A stretch of 64,000 nt of DNA from Acidobacteriota bacterium (lineage in GTDB: Bacteria; Acidobacteriota; CAIWXX01): positions 33,296 to 97,295 of the forward strand of contig JBFMAF010000032.1 of the NCBI GenBank assembly GCA_040755995.1. Reading direction: 5' to 3'. The notes under the pieces are model-generated. The model ran no database searches, had not been told where the DNA came from, and saw only the letters and a list, made by a program, of their open reading frames with translations. Below are positions 28,032 through 37,278 of this stretch, one piece after another. The stretch's first letter is position 1. The number at the start of each line of letters is the position of its first letter. Made by a program: the position numbers and the translations under genes.

Positions 28032-30272
28032 CTACTTTACGTCCAGCGGCACCCAGTCGAAGACGCTGGTTCCGTTCATCTTGTCCGTTGCAGTCACCTT
28101 GAGCCAGCAGAGCCCGGCAGGGAGCTTCTCGGCGTGGATGTCGAACATGTACTCGATCTGCGAGTCGGAGATGCGATTGGGCTTCTCGAGGAGCTTGAAC
28201 TGCGGCTGCCCGAGATACCTGCCGCCCTGATCGAAGATCTCCCACCGCAGCCCGATGTCGGGCTCCTTGGTGCCCGAGTCGAACGAGAAATTGTAGAGTC
28301 TGATCAGCAGCCCCCGGTCATCGCGGTCCTGGACGTTCGGGTAGATCTCTGCCGTGCACGGCTTGGCTCGATATGAGATCGGGTAGTAGCCGCCGAGTCC
28401 GGCAACACGGGCCGGCGGCTTTTCGGTGTCGTAACCGAGCACGTTCAGCCACTCCGACTTGCCGCTGACGAAGAACGGTGTGGCCATGGCGAAGGTGGTC
28501 GACGCCTTCTGCGCGGCCGCTTTCACCGTGGTCGTGCCGATGTCGCCCGTGAGACCGTTTCGAACCAATACTCGTATCTCGTACTCTCCCGGAGGAAGCA
28601 GCATCATGTCGCTGTAGCGCAGGCCGCCCTTCTGAATCCCGCCATTCGCCTCCGACGGTGGGATTCTGCAGAAACCGTGCGCGTACCCGTCGAATGTGCC
28701 TTTCGGGCCGACGGCGAACGCATACACTTCCAGCAGCAGCTCGCGCTTGGCCTTCTCGAACTGTCCCCCGGGGATCTGCAGCAGGACCGCAACGGGCACC
28801 TGGCCGCTCTGTTCCGGAAACACGGCCGCCTGGGCCCGGAGCTTCAGGTTGTCCATCGAAAGGTTATCGCTGACCACTTCTGCGATCTGAAGCTGCCTGT
28901 CTTCCTTGGAGAGTTTGCTGAATGGAATCGGATCGTGGTAGCCCGGCCGGTAGGAGATACTCAAGCCCCGTCGGGCGACCTCCACCTTGATCTTGTGGTA
29001 CTTCTCCTGCTCGGACGCGGGCCGCACAGGCACGTTGTAGCCGAGGAGGTAGAATGAGCCCGTGGTGTCGAGTACGTCGGCCATCGCGGCATCGATATCG
29101 TTGGTGTTCTTGTATAGCTTCCCGCCCGTCTCGTCGGCGAATTCGAAAAGCGACGCCTGCCTTCGACCAACGGCCTGTGGATCGGCGGAGCTCTCATCAA
29201 TCAGGTCGAGGTTGGCATCGCCGGCCAGTCCGGAGGTGTCGATCGGGAACACCTTACAGTCGGAGGACGCCAGGTATCGGGCGGCCTGATGCATCACATC
29301 GGAAAGGTCCCGCCTGACCTCGCGCTCCTCATTCACACCCGACGCTGCCATCCATTCGAAGTCCCCGTGGGCCGCCATCTCCGCCTGTTCCGCTGCCGTT
29401 TTCAGATCCATGGCACCCAACACCTTAGTGTCGAATCCGTTGGAGAAGTAGATCAGGTACTTGCGGCCGGGGAAGAACTCGAGCGATCGCGCGAATGACC
29501 GCATCCCTTCCAGGTACGCGGAGACGGTGTTGGTATAGAACTCCGCGTCGTTGCGCTTGCCCATCGCATTCAATTGGCGCATCCACAGATTCGCTTCGTC
29601 CTGATTCCCTCCCGCCCCATCCGATAGACGCGACAATCCCTCCACCATCACCCCGCCCTGGTGCGTCTGAAGCAACACCTGGTTGAAGTACCCACCGGCA
29701 TCCGTCACAACGTCGAAACGGCGATCGATGCCCAGCGAGTCCAGAGCAGAGCGCAGCAGCTGCTTGTCCGAAGTGAAGTTGGCCACCAGGAAGATCCCCT
29801 TAAGGGAGGAGAACGCGAACACCGCGGCCCGGTCCTCAGGGTCCATTTTCGTATCGACGAATCGGTAGGCCGCTTGCCTCGCCCGTATGAGGCCCTGAGC
29901 CGAATTGAACGTCACATCGAAGAAGAAGACGAAATTGCGCCGGATGAGTTGCTTCGGAAGCACGCTCTCGGCTCGCTTCCCCAGATCGATCGGTAAGAAT
30001 ATCTCGATCTTCTGTGCCTTCCCGTCTTCGTATACCGAAAACTCTTCCTGCGTGAGATCGAGCACCGGCTTGCCCGCGTCGTCCCGCGCGAACACCGGAA
30101 CCTCGACGATCGACACTCCGGCTTCTTCCTTGGGCTGTTGCGCGTGCGCGAACCCGGAACCGACACACAAGGCAACAGCGCAACTTGCGCCGGCTCCGCA
30201 CAGCCGCAACTGCGCCAAGCGTGGCCTCCGATCCGCACGAACTCCAAGACCATCGACAATTCGCCAAACCAT
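28032..30272 (-). CDS. VWA-domain protein (VWFA-related acidobacterial type), paralogue 1
   Basis: VEVPVFARDDAGKPVLDLTQEEF, FFFDVT, GRKYLIYFSNGF, FADETGG, FYLLGY, SYRPGY. Confidence 0.88.
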   Translation of the reverse strand: MVWRIVDGLGVRADRRPRLAQLRLCGAGASCAVALCVGSGFAHAQQPKEEAGVSIVEVPVFARDDAGKPVLDLTQEEFSVYEDGKAQKIEIFLPIDLGKRAESVLPKQLIRRNFVFFFDVTFNSAQGLIRARQAAYRFVDTKMDPEDRAAVFAFSSLKGIFLVANFTSDKQLLRSALDSLGIDRRFDVVTDAGGYFNQVLLQTHQGGVMVEGLSRLSDGAGGNQDEANLWMRQLNAMGKRNDAEFYTNTVSAYLEGMRSFARSLEFFPGRKYLIYFSNGFDTKVLGAMDLKTAAEQAEMAAHGDFEWMAASGVNEEREVRRDLSDVMHQAARYLASSDCKVFPIDTSGLAGDANLDLIDESSADPQAVGRRQASLFEFADETGGKLYKNTNDIDAAMADVLDTTGSFYLLGYNVPVRPASEQEKYHKIKVEVARRGLSISYRPGYHDPIPFSKLSKEDRQLQIAEVVSDNLSMDNLKLRAQAAVFPEQSGQVPVAVLLQIPGGQFEKAKRELLLEVYAFAVGPKGTFDGYAHGFCRIPPSEANGGIQKGGLRYSDMMLLPPGEYEIRVLVRNGLTGDIGTTTVKAAAQKASTTFAMATPFFVSGKSEWLNVLGYDTEKPPARVAGLGGYYPISYRAKPCTAEIYPNVQDRDDRGLLIRLYNFSFDSGTKEPDIGLRWEIFDQGGRYLGQPQFKLLEKPNRISDSQIEYMFDIHAEKLPAGLCWLKVTATDKMNGTSVFDWVPLDVK

Positions 30273-30399
30273 TTTCAGCCACCTCCTCCTACGAGACCGT
30301 GACACCTCCGGCGGTCGTCCACCGCCGACGGGTTGACTACTCTGCCCTTTATCATAGCACCCTCCCTCGGCCGGGGTGCGCACGAGGTGTGGCGGAGCC

Positions 30400-32619
30400 T
30401 CACCTCAGCTCGAGCGGCACCCAGTCGGATATGGCCCCTCCTTTCATCTTGTCCGTCGCCGTCACCTTGAGCCAGCAGAGCCCGGCAGGGAGCTTCTCGG
30501 CCCGGATGTCGAACATGTACTCGATCTGCGAGTCGGAGATACGGTTGGGCTTCTCGAGCAGCTTGAACTGCGGCTGCCCGAGATACCTGCCGCCCTGATC
30601 GAAGATCTCCCAACGCAGCCCGATGTCGGGTTCCTTGGTGCCCGAGTCGAACGAGAAATTGTATAGCCGGATCAGAAGCCCCCGGTCGCCGCGGTCCTGA
30701 ATGTTCGGGTAAATCTCTGCTGTGCACGGCTTGCCTCGATAGGAGATCGGGTGCTTGCCACCGAGGCTTCCCACGCGGGCAGGCGGTTTCTCCGGATCGT
30801 ACCCGAGCATGTTGAGCCACTCGGACTTGCCGCTTGCGAAGAATGGTGTCGCCATGGCGAATGATGTCGACGCCTTGCGCGCGGCGGTCTTCACGGTAGT
30901 CGTTCCGATGTCCCCGTTGAGGCCGTTTCGAACGAGGATTCGCAGCTCGTACTCACCAGGAGGCACCAGCAAGACGTCGCTGTAGCGCAAGCCGCTCTTC
31001 TGAAGCTTGCCGTTGGCCTCCGACGGTGGGGTCCTGCAGAACCCGTGCGCGTATCCGTCGAAAGTGCCCTTCGGGCTGACGGCGAACGCGTACACCTCCA
31101 GTAGTAACTCGCGTTTCGCCTTCTCGAACTGGTCCCCGGGGATCTGCAGTAGGACCGCAACGGGCACCAGGCCGCTTTCTTCCGGAAACACGGCTGACTG
31201 GGCCCGGATCTTTATCGATTCCATGGCGAGATTGTCGGTGATCACTTCCGCGATCTGAAGCTGCCTGTCTTCCTGCGAGAACTTGCTGAACGGGATCGGA
31301 TCGTGGTAGCCGGGCCGATAGGAGATATTCAAGCCCCTTCTGGCGATCTCGACTCTGATCTTGTGGTACCTCTCCTGCTCGGACGCGGGCCGCACTGGCA
31401 CGTTGTAGCCGAGGAGGTAGAAGGAGCCCGTCGACTCCAGGATGTCGGTCATCGCCGAGTCGATATCGCTGGTGTTCTTGTACAGCTTCCCGCCCGTCTC
31501 GTCTGCAAATTCGAAAAGCGACGCCTGCTTTCGACCAACGGCCTGTGGATCGGCCGAGCTCTCATCAATCAGGTCGAGGTTAGCATCGCCGGCCAGTCCC
31601 GAGGTGTCGATCGGGAACACCTTGCAGTCGGAGGAGGCCAGGTATCGGGCGGCCTGATGCATGACATCGGAGAGGTCCCGCCTGACCTCACGCTCCTCAT
31701 TCACACCTGACGTGGCCATCGTCTCGAAGTCCCCGCTGGCGGCAAGCTCTGCGTGCTCCGAGGCCGTCTTCAGATCCATGACGCCCAACACCTTCGTGTC
31801 GAACCCGTTCGAGAAGTAGATCAGGTACTTGCGACCGGGGAAGAACTCGATCGAGCGAGCAAACGATCTCATCCCTTCGAGGTACATCGAAACGGTGTTC
31901 TGGTAAAACTCTGCGTCGTTGCGCTTGCCCATCTCATTCAGCTGGCGCATCCATTCGCTCGTAGCATTCATGTTTTCTACCCTACGCTCCGGTCGCGCTG
32001 ACTCCGTCGGCTGTTCTTCGACAAGAACAGGCTCGCTCGGGGGCGGCTGCATCAGCACCTGGTTATAGAACCCCGCGGCGTCGAACGTTACGACGAATCG
32101 TCGGTCGACACCGAGCGAGTCCAGAGCCGAGTGCAGGAGCCTCTTGTCGGAAGTAAAGTTGGCCACGAGGAAAACCCCCTTGAGCGATGAGAATGCAAAT
32201 ACAGCGGCCCTGTCCTCCGGATCGAGCTTCGTGTCGACGAACCGATAGGCCGCTTGCTTGGCGCGAAGGAGCCCCGCCACCGAGTTGAACGTCACGTCGA
32301 AAAAGAAGACGAAATTCCGCCGTATCAATGGCTTCGGCAACGCGCTCTCGGCTCGTTTCCCCAGATCGATCGGAAGGAATATCTCGATCTTCTGAGCTTT
32401 CCCGTCTTCCCATATCTTGAAGTCTTCCTCTTTCAGATCGAGGACCGGCTTGCCGGCATCGTCCCGGACGAACACGGGGACTTCGACGATCGACACCCCG
32501 GCTTCTTCCTTGGGCTGCTGCGCGTTCGCAAGTACTGCAGCAACACGCAGGCCAACAAGGAGAGTCGCCGCGCAGAGCACCCCCCTACGCAGCAGCTCGC
32601 AATCGCCCGCACTCTTCAT
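30400..32619 (-). CDS. VWA-domain protein (VWFA-related acidobacterial type), paralogue 2
   Basis: Same motifs as paralogue 1 with long identical stretches; start uncertain. Confidence 0.88.
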   Translation of the reverse strand: MKSAGDCELLRRGVLCAATLLVGLRVAAVLANAQQPKEEAGVSIVEVPVFVRDDAGKPVLDLKEEDFKIWEDGKAQKIEIFLPIDLGKRAESALPKPLIRRNFVFFFDVTFNSVAGLLRAKQAAYRFVDTKLDPEDRAAVFAFSSLKGVFLVANFTSDKRLLHSALDSLGVDRRFVVTFDAAGFYNQVLMQPPPSEPVLVEEQPTESARPERRVENMNATSEWMRQLNEMGKRNDAEFYQNTVSMYLEGMRSFARSIEFFPGRKYLIYFSNGFDTKVLGVMDLKTASEHAELAASGDFETMATSGVNEEREVRRDLSDVMHQAARYLASSDCKVFPIDTSGLAGDANLDLIDESSADPQAVGRKQASLFEFADETGGKLYKNTSDIDSAMTDILESTGSFYLLGYNVPVRPASEQERYHKIRVEIARRGLNISYRPGYHDPIPFSKFSQEDRQLQIAEVITDNLAMESIKIRAQSAVFPEESGLVPVAVLLQIPGDQFEKAKRELLLEVYAFAVSPKGTFDGYAHGFCRTPPSEANGKLQKSGLRYSDVLLVPPGEYELRILVRNGLNGDIGTTTVKTAARKASTSFAMATPFFASGKSEWLNMLGYDPEKPPARVGSLGGKHPISYRGKPCTAEIYPNIQDRGDRGLLIRLYNFSFDSGTKEPDIGLRWEIFDQGGRYLGQPQFKLLEKPNRISDSQIEYMFDIRAEKLPAGLCWLKVTATDKMKGGAISDWVPLELR

Positions 32620-32779
32620 AGCCCCACCTTGCTTCGACATGATCACCTGCTTCCTGCCCGAAACACCCATGTCGCCCCGATACAGGCTTCCTGACACCTC
32701 TATCGATGAGTAAACCATATCCCGCACAGGTGGTAAAGAGGCCTTGAGTCTTTCATCCTGCATCTTACATTATTCGGCC

Positions 32780-32808
32780 TTGACATCTGCCCGTTCACGG
32801 CCTACCGT
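32780..32808 (+). promoter_or_regulatory. Sigma70-type promoter
   Basis: TTGACA-17-TACCGT upstream of the PKD gene. Confidence 0.5.
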
Positions 32809-32870
32809 ATGGTACAGATGTTCGAGGGACCAACCGAGTTTGGGATTCGGCGGCATTTCGTGAGGAGCTA

Positions 32871-33776
32871 ATGATGAACAACGGCAAGACGCGCAAACTC
32901 CTGATCACCATAGCTGCGGTAGCGACCCTGCTCGCCGGTGCCGTCGCGTCAATAGCGGGCTCTGCGCCGACGGCATCCTTCGTCTTCAGTCCGGCGTTGC
33001 CGGACCGGGGTCAGCCAGTCGTATTCGATGCCACGGCATCGAGCGACACTGACGGCGTCATCGTGAGCTACGCATGGGACTTCGGCGACAGGTCGCGGAG
33101 CAGCCAGGGGCCGATCGTCTTCCATCCGTACCCGAACGACAGGTACTACTTCGTGGTCCTCACGGTGAAGGACGACTCTGGACTACAGGGCGTGAGCACG
33201 GCCACGGTGCCTGTCGGTGGAGGCACGCGGGCTCCAACCGCCTGCTTCGCGCTCACGCCGGACCCCGATTCCGAAGCTGTGCCACCCGGCCGCCGGATCA
33301 AGTTCGACGGCTACTGTTCGACCGACACCGACGGGGTCATCCGGGTATGGCGCTGGCAGTTCGGCGACGGGACGGCGAAGCGGGCCCGGGGCATAACGAC
33401 TCACGCCTACGCTCGTCCGGGGCGCTACACGGCGTTTCTGACCGTCATCGATGACGACGGGCTTCGCGGTGTCACCTCGAAGACGTTCACGATCGGCCAG
33501 CCGCCGGTCGCCGACGCGGGCGCTGACCAGAGCTTCGCCATAACCTGCCCCGGCACCCGCGACGTGAGCTTCAGCGGCGCGCTCTCGAGTGATCCGGACG
33601 GAACGATCGTATCGTACGATTGGTCTTTCGGCGACGGGTCCAGCGGCACGGGCCAGTCGGTCACGCACACTTATACGGTGACTTCGGACGTCGTCTACAC
33701 TGTCATTCTGAGGGTAACGGGCGACGACGGTCTGACTGATACTGACTCCGCCATCGTGATGTTCACCTGCTCGTAG
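32871..33776 (+). CDS. Secreted protein with three PKD domains
   Basis: Signal peptide; three S.D.DG.I...W.FGD(G) repeats with LTV.DD.G. Confidence 0.9.
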   Translation: MMNNGKTRKLLITIAAVATLLAGAVASIAGSAPTASFVFSPALPDRGQPVVFDATASSDTDGVIVSYAWDFGDRSRSSQGPIVFHPYPNDRYYFVVLTVKDDSGLQGVSTATVPVGGGTRAPTACFALTPDPDSEAVPPGRRIKFDGYCSTDTDGVIRVWRWQFGDGTAKRARGITTHAYARPGRYTAFLTVIDDDGLRGVTSKTFTIGQPPVADAGADQSFAITCPGTRDVSFSGALSSDPDGTIVSYDWSFGDGSSGTGQSVTHTYTVTSDVVYTVILRVTGDDGLTDTDSAIVMFTCS

Positions 33777-33836
33777 GCGGAGCCGCCGCAGGGCGGCTGC
33801 CGGTTCTCGCATCAGGGGGAAGACAAGGAGGAGGTC

Positions 33837-35561
33837 ATGAGCAGATCGTTCCACAGTGCTCTTGCTGTTCCGGCTGTCGTGTGCGCCTTCGCTGCTGCGG
33901 TGTCGGGCACTCCCGCCGCCAGTCCAATCCAGAAGTACCTGGACAGCAGGGTTCTCGACGGCACCTACAACGGAGTCGTCGTTGACTACCTGCTGGAAGA
34001 AGGCAAGGGCACGCTGACGGAGGCGCAACGAAAGCAGGCGCTGGACCAGTTGCTGGCCGCCATGAAAGCCAAGGCCCGGGTGACGCAGGGGGAGCAGCTC
34101 ACGGCGGCCTTGGGCAACCTGGTCGGTGTCCTGATGGGTGCCGCCGGTGGTGATGTGGCAGGAGAGGCCGGCGGTGAGGTCCAGGTCTCGTATGCAAACG
34201 AGTGGGCTTCGTGGGTGGACGCGGCCGAGAAGCTGTTGGACGCGGGGTACAAGGAAGACGCGGTCTCGTTCTTCGAATTCGGAATGGTGAACATCCCCTA
34301 CGACTCGCTTCGAGGGCGATGCGTGATGGGCCTGGCGAGAGCGAAGCCGGACGAGGCGTACGCGATACTGATGAACGCTCTCAAGAAGCCCGACATCGAC
34401 CTGCAGAACGACGTGCTGCGGCTGCTCGGGCACATGGCTGCAACAGACGGGCTGGCGAAGGAGCAGAAGGACAAGATCGTCGAGACGCTCATTGAATACA
34501 GCAAGGGGATCACGCACTCGCTCAACTACGGCGCCGCCATCTATGGTCTGGACGTCGCCGGAGACCCGCGCGCCATCCCGGCTCTTTCCCGCTTCCGCAA
34601 GGGATTCAGTGTCGACGAGCTCGACCGCCGCGCGGCCCTCCGATCGCTTCTGCTCACCTACAAGGAAGTGAGCGTCGTCGAGGACCTGACCAAGAAGTTG
34701 AAGACCGGCTTCACGAGCACGAACAAGCCGGCCGATCGCTTCTTCTCGGGCGTGCTTCTGATGGAGGGCGGCCGCAAGGAGGGATTCGACTGGGCGCTGA
34801 ACGAGCTCACGCCGAAGAAGAAGGGCTTCTTCTCGTCGAAGGAAGATGACGTGGATCTGCGACCGAGTCTGGTGAAGGCGCTGGTGCGAGTCGGCGGGGA
34901 ACAGGCGCGCGGAGTCCTCGCCGCATCCGTCGGGCTCTACAAGGATGACGAGTGGATCAAGACGTGGATCGCCGTCGGAATGCTCGAGCTCGGTGACACC
35001 AGCGGCATCTCGCTGGTGAAGGCGGCGCTCGGGAAGCCAGACTGGGACTTCACCGCCGTGCGCATCTCCACCGCCCTCGCGAAGCACGGCGATTTCTCCG
35101 GCGTGGAAGCTCTGAAGACCCTGTCCGTGAAGAAGGTCGACACGAGCGCCCCCACGCAGATCATCAACATTCTCGGCGGCAAAGATACGCGGCCGGAGAA
35201 GGCGCGTCTCGCGGAGCTTCGACGGCAGATCGCCACGGCCCTCGGGCAGATCAACCAGCCGTCCTGCGTGCCCGTTCTGATCCAGCTGCTGGGCGATGAG
35301 GACGTGTTCGTGCGCTCAAGTGCCGCATTCGCGCTCACCGACATGACCGTGCCGGCGGCGCTGGACGGCCTGAGGGCGGCCATCAAGGTGGACTACGGCG
35401 TCTACAACCAGAATCCGCGTAGCCCGGAGATCCACGCATACGTGCTGCGCATCGGGCTGAGACGTTTCCCGCGTGAGGCGGGCACGAAGGAGTTGCTGAA
35501 GCTGGCAGACGCATCGGCCGATCCGGCCCTCCGGTTCATGGCCATGGTCGCACGGAGCTGA
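33837..35561 (+). CDS. Secreted HEAT-repeat protein
   Basis: Signal peptide; GDPRAIPAL, ALGQINQPSCVPVLIQLLGDEDVFVRSSAAFAL. Confidence 0.8.
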   Translation: MSRSFHSALAVPAVVCAFAAAVSGTPAASPIQKYLDSRVLDGTYNGVVVDYLLEEGKGTLTEAQRKQALDQLLAAMKAKARVTQGEQLTAALGNLVGVLMGAAGGDVAGEAGGEVQVSYANEWASWVDAAEKLLDAGYKEDAVSFFEFGMVNIPYDSLRGRCVMGLARAKPDEAYAILMNALKKPDIDLQNDVLRLLGHMAATDGLAKEQKDKIVETLIEYSKGITHSLNYGAAIYGLDVAGDPRAIPALSRFRKGFSVDELDRRAALRSLLLTYKEVSVVEDLTKKLKTGFTSTNKPADRFFSGVLLMEGGRKEGFDWALNELTPKKKGFFSSKEDDVDLRPSLVKALVRVGGEQARGVLAASVGLYKDDEWIKTWIAVGMLELGDTSGISLVKAALGKPDWDFTAVRISTALAKHGDFSGVEALKTLSVKKVDTSAPTQIINILGGKDTRPEKARLAELRRQIATALGQINQPSCVPVLIQLLGDEDVFVRSSAAFALTDMTVPAALDGLRAAIKVDYGVYNQNPRSPEIHAYVLRIGLRRFPREAGTKELLKLADASADPALRFMAMVARS

Positions 35562-35617
35562 CGCGGCGCCGGCATCGTCGACGCCGTGCGTGCGGCTGCC
35601 AATGATCGACCTGTAGG

Positions 35618-36142
35618 TCACCGCCCGTTCTCTGACAGCGGCGACGTCTTGTCCAGTGCCTTCTCGACGATCGGCTTGATCTCATTGGTGACCTCGTTGG
35701 GAATAGTGAACGCCAGGTTGTACTGCCTGATCTTCCAGCCCTGGGCCATCCTTGTGAGCACGCCCGAGCCGCGGCATGTCCAGTAAGACTCCGAATGCAG
35801 CAGCTCGTCGAACCAGGCAGTGTTTCCATCGTCGCTCAGAAAGATGTGCCGCGATTCCGCATAGAAGACCCAGGCGGAGGGCCGCTGGAAGTAGGGCATA
35901 GCCCAGTTCTCGAACTCGGGCTTCACCCAGCGCTCGGTAGAATCGGTGCCGAGGAAGACGGCGTCCGGAGCGAGCGAGCCGAAGTACAGCTCCTCGTCTG
36001 CCTCCGCAGCCGCCCGGTGCCATGCCGTGAGAAACGTGTCCAGTTCCTTGATCACCCCCTGACCGGCAGGCGTCTGGGCGTGCACGGAGGGCGCTGGGGA
36101 GCAGACGCAGAGCAACAGTAGAGTCGCGTATGTGTATCTCAT
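35618..36142 (-). CDS. SnoaL/NTF2-like domain protein
   Basis: WHRAAAEAD..YF, FLGTDSTERW, AWFDELL, RGSGVL, WKIRQYNL. Confidence 0.85.
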   Translation of the reverse strand: MRYTYATLLLLCVCSPAPSVHAQTPAGQGVIKELDTFLTAWHRAAAEADEELYFGSLAPDAVFLGTDSTERWVKPEFENWAMPYFQRPSAWVFYAESRHIFLSDDGNTAWFDELLHSESYWTCRGSGVLTRMAQGWKIRQYNLAFTIPNEVTNEIKPIVEKALDKTSPLSENGR

Positions 36143-36235
36143 GAACTCACAATAGACCATTTCACGCTCTGGAAGAAGTGATCCACCGGAGCCGACCACC
36201 TCTCGATCCAGGCGCTGCACTGGCCTGCCGCGGGC

Positions 36236-37075
36236 TTAGAAGGGGTGCTCGAACGAAAGGTAGAAGAAGGCCCCCACCCGGGTCTCCTCGGGGGTGTGAC
36301 TGATGGGTATGGCCAGGCCGGGGACGATCTGGAGCGATCCGACGTCGATGGCGTAGCGCAGGCCCGGGTTGATGATAGTTTCGGTACTGTTGACGACGCG
36401 CCCGCTTTCGTCGAAATCGTCGCTGAAGATGCCTAACATCTCGAGCACCATGTTGAAGCTCGGCGTCACCAGCCATATCGCGCTGCCTCCCACGTTGTAG
36501 GTCCAAAGCGTCGCCTTCCCGGTCGGGCCCGTGTCAGTCGAGCTCGTGGCTCCGAATAGCGCGGTAGCACCGGCGTTGCCGTGGACTACCAGACGGTCAC
36601 TCAACCGTTTGCTCATCGGGAGATTGAACTGGAGCCCGTGCGCCCCCGATCCAAGCCCCTTGCCCTCGTCGCCGGTGGCCAGAACGAGCGATAGCCGGGG
36701 TGCCAGAGTCACCGGAGCCTCCCTTCCCGCCAGCTGATACCGGTAGTTGATGAGCAGGTCGCCCAACCCGCTGCCGAGCCCCTCGCCCTGGAAGGTGTAG
36801 GGAATGCTGTAGCTGAACTGATGCCGCTGACTCCCGACGGGCCACTCCTGCGTGAAGTTGTAAGCGAGGCTTTTGACAGGCGTCTTGAAATAGGCGAAGG
36901 TCGAGATGTGCTGGACGACCCGGCTCTCCTGGTTGTACGCCTCCTCGATGAGGAACGAGTTATCCTCGATCGCAGGCGGAAACTGACTGTCGGCCCGGGC
37001 AACGGGATCGAGAGCCGACGCCAGGAAGACCAGGGTCGCTGATACGAGTCCTTTTGCCGGTGCAGAGTACATCAT
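36236..37075 (-). CDS. Outer-membrane 'transporter' beta-barrel (MetA-pathway/phenol degradation-like family)
   Basis: IEDNSFLIEEAYNQE, GLGDLLINYRYQ, terminal YLSFEHPF. Confidence 0.75.
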   Translation of the reverse strand: MMYSAPAKGLVSATLVFLASALDPVARADSQFPPAIEDNSFLIEEAYNQESRVVQHISTFAYFKTPVKSLAYNFTQEWPVGSQRHQFSYSIPYTFQGEGLGSGLGDLLINYRYQLAGREAPVTLAPRLSLVLATGDEGKGLGSGAHGLQFNLPMSKRLSDRLVVHGNAGATALFGATSSTDTGPTGKATLWTYNVGGSAIWLVTPSFNMVLEMLGIFSDDFDESGRVVNSTETIINPGLRYAIDVGSLQIVPGLAIPISHTPEETRVGAFFYLSFEHPF

Positions 37076-37278
37076 CCGTTCTTGCGAACCTCCATATTCG
37101 TAAAATGACAACGAATCTCATTATCGCCGACGCATTGTGCGACGAGTATCGCGGCCAAGTCAAGAAGAAAGAATCTGCCGACTCAGCTCTTCAGCGCCCT
37201 TCGCGGGCGGTGGGCCGCATGCGGGCCGCCTGGGGCCGTCCGTGAGAGGTTGACGATGGGCCGGGCGCTAGCTAGCCT

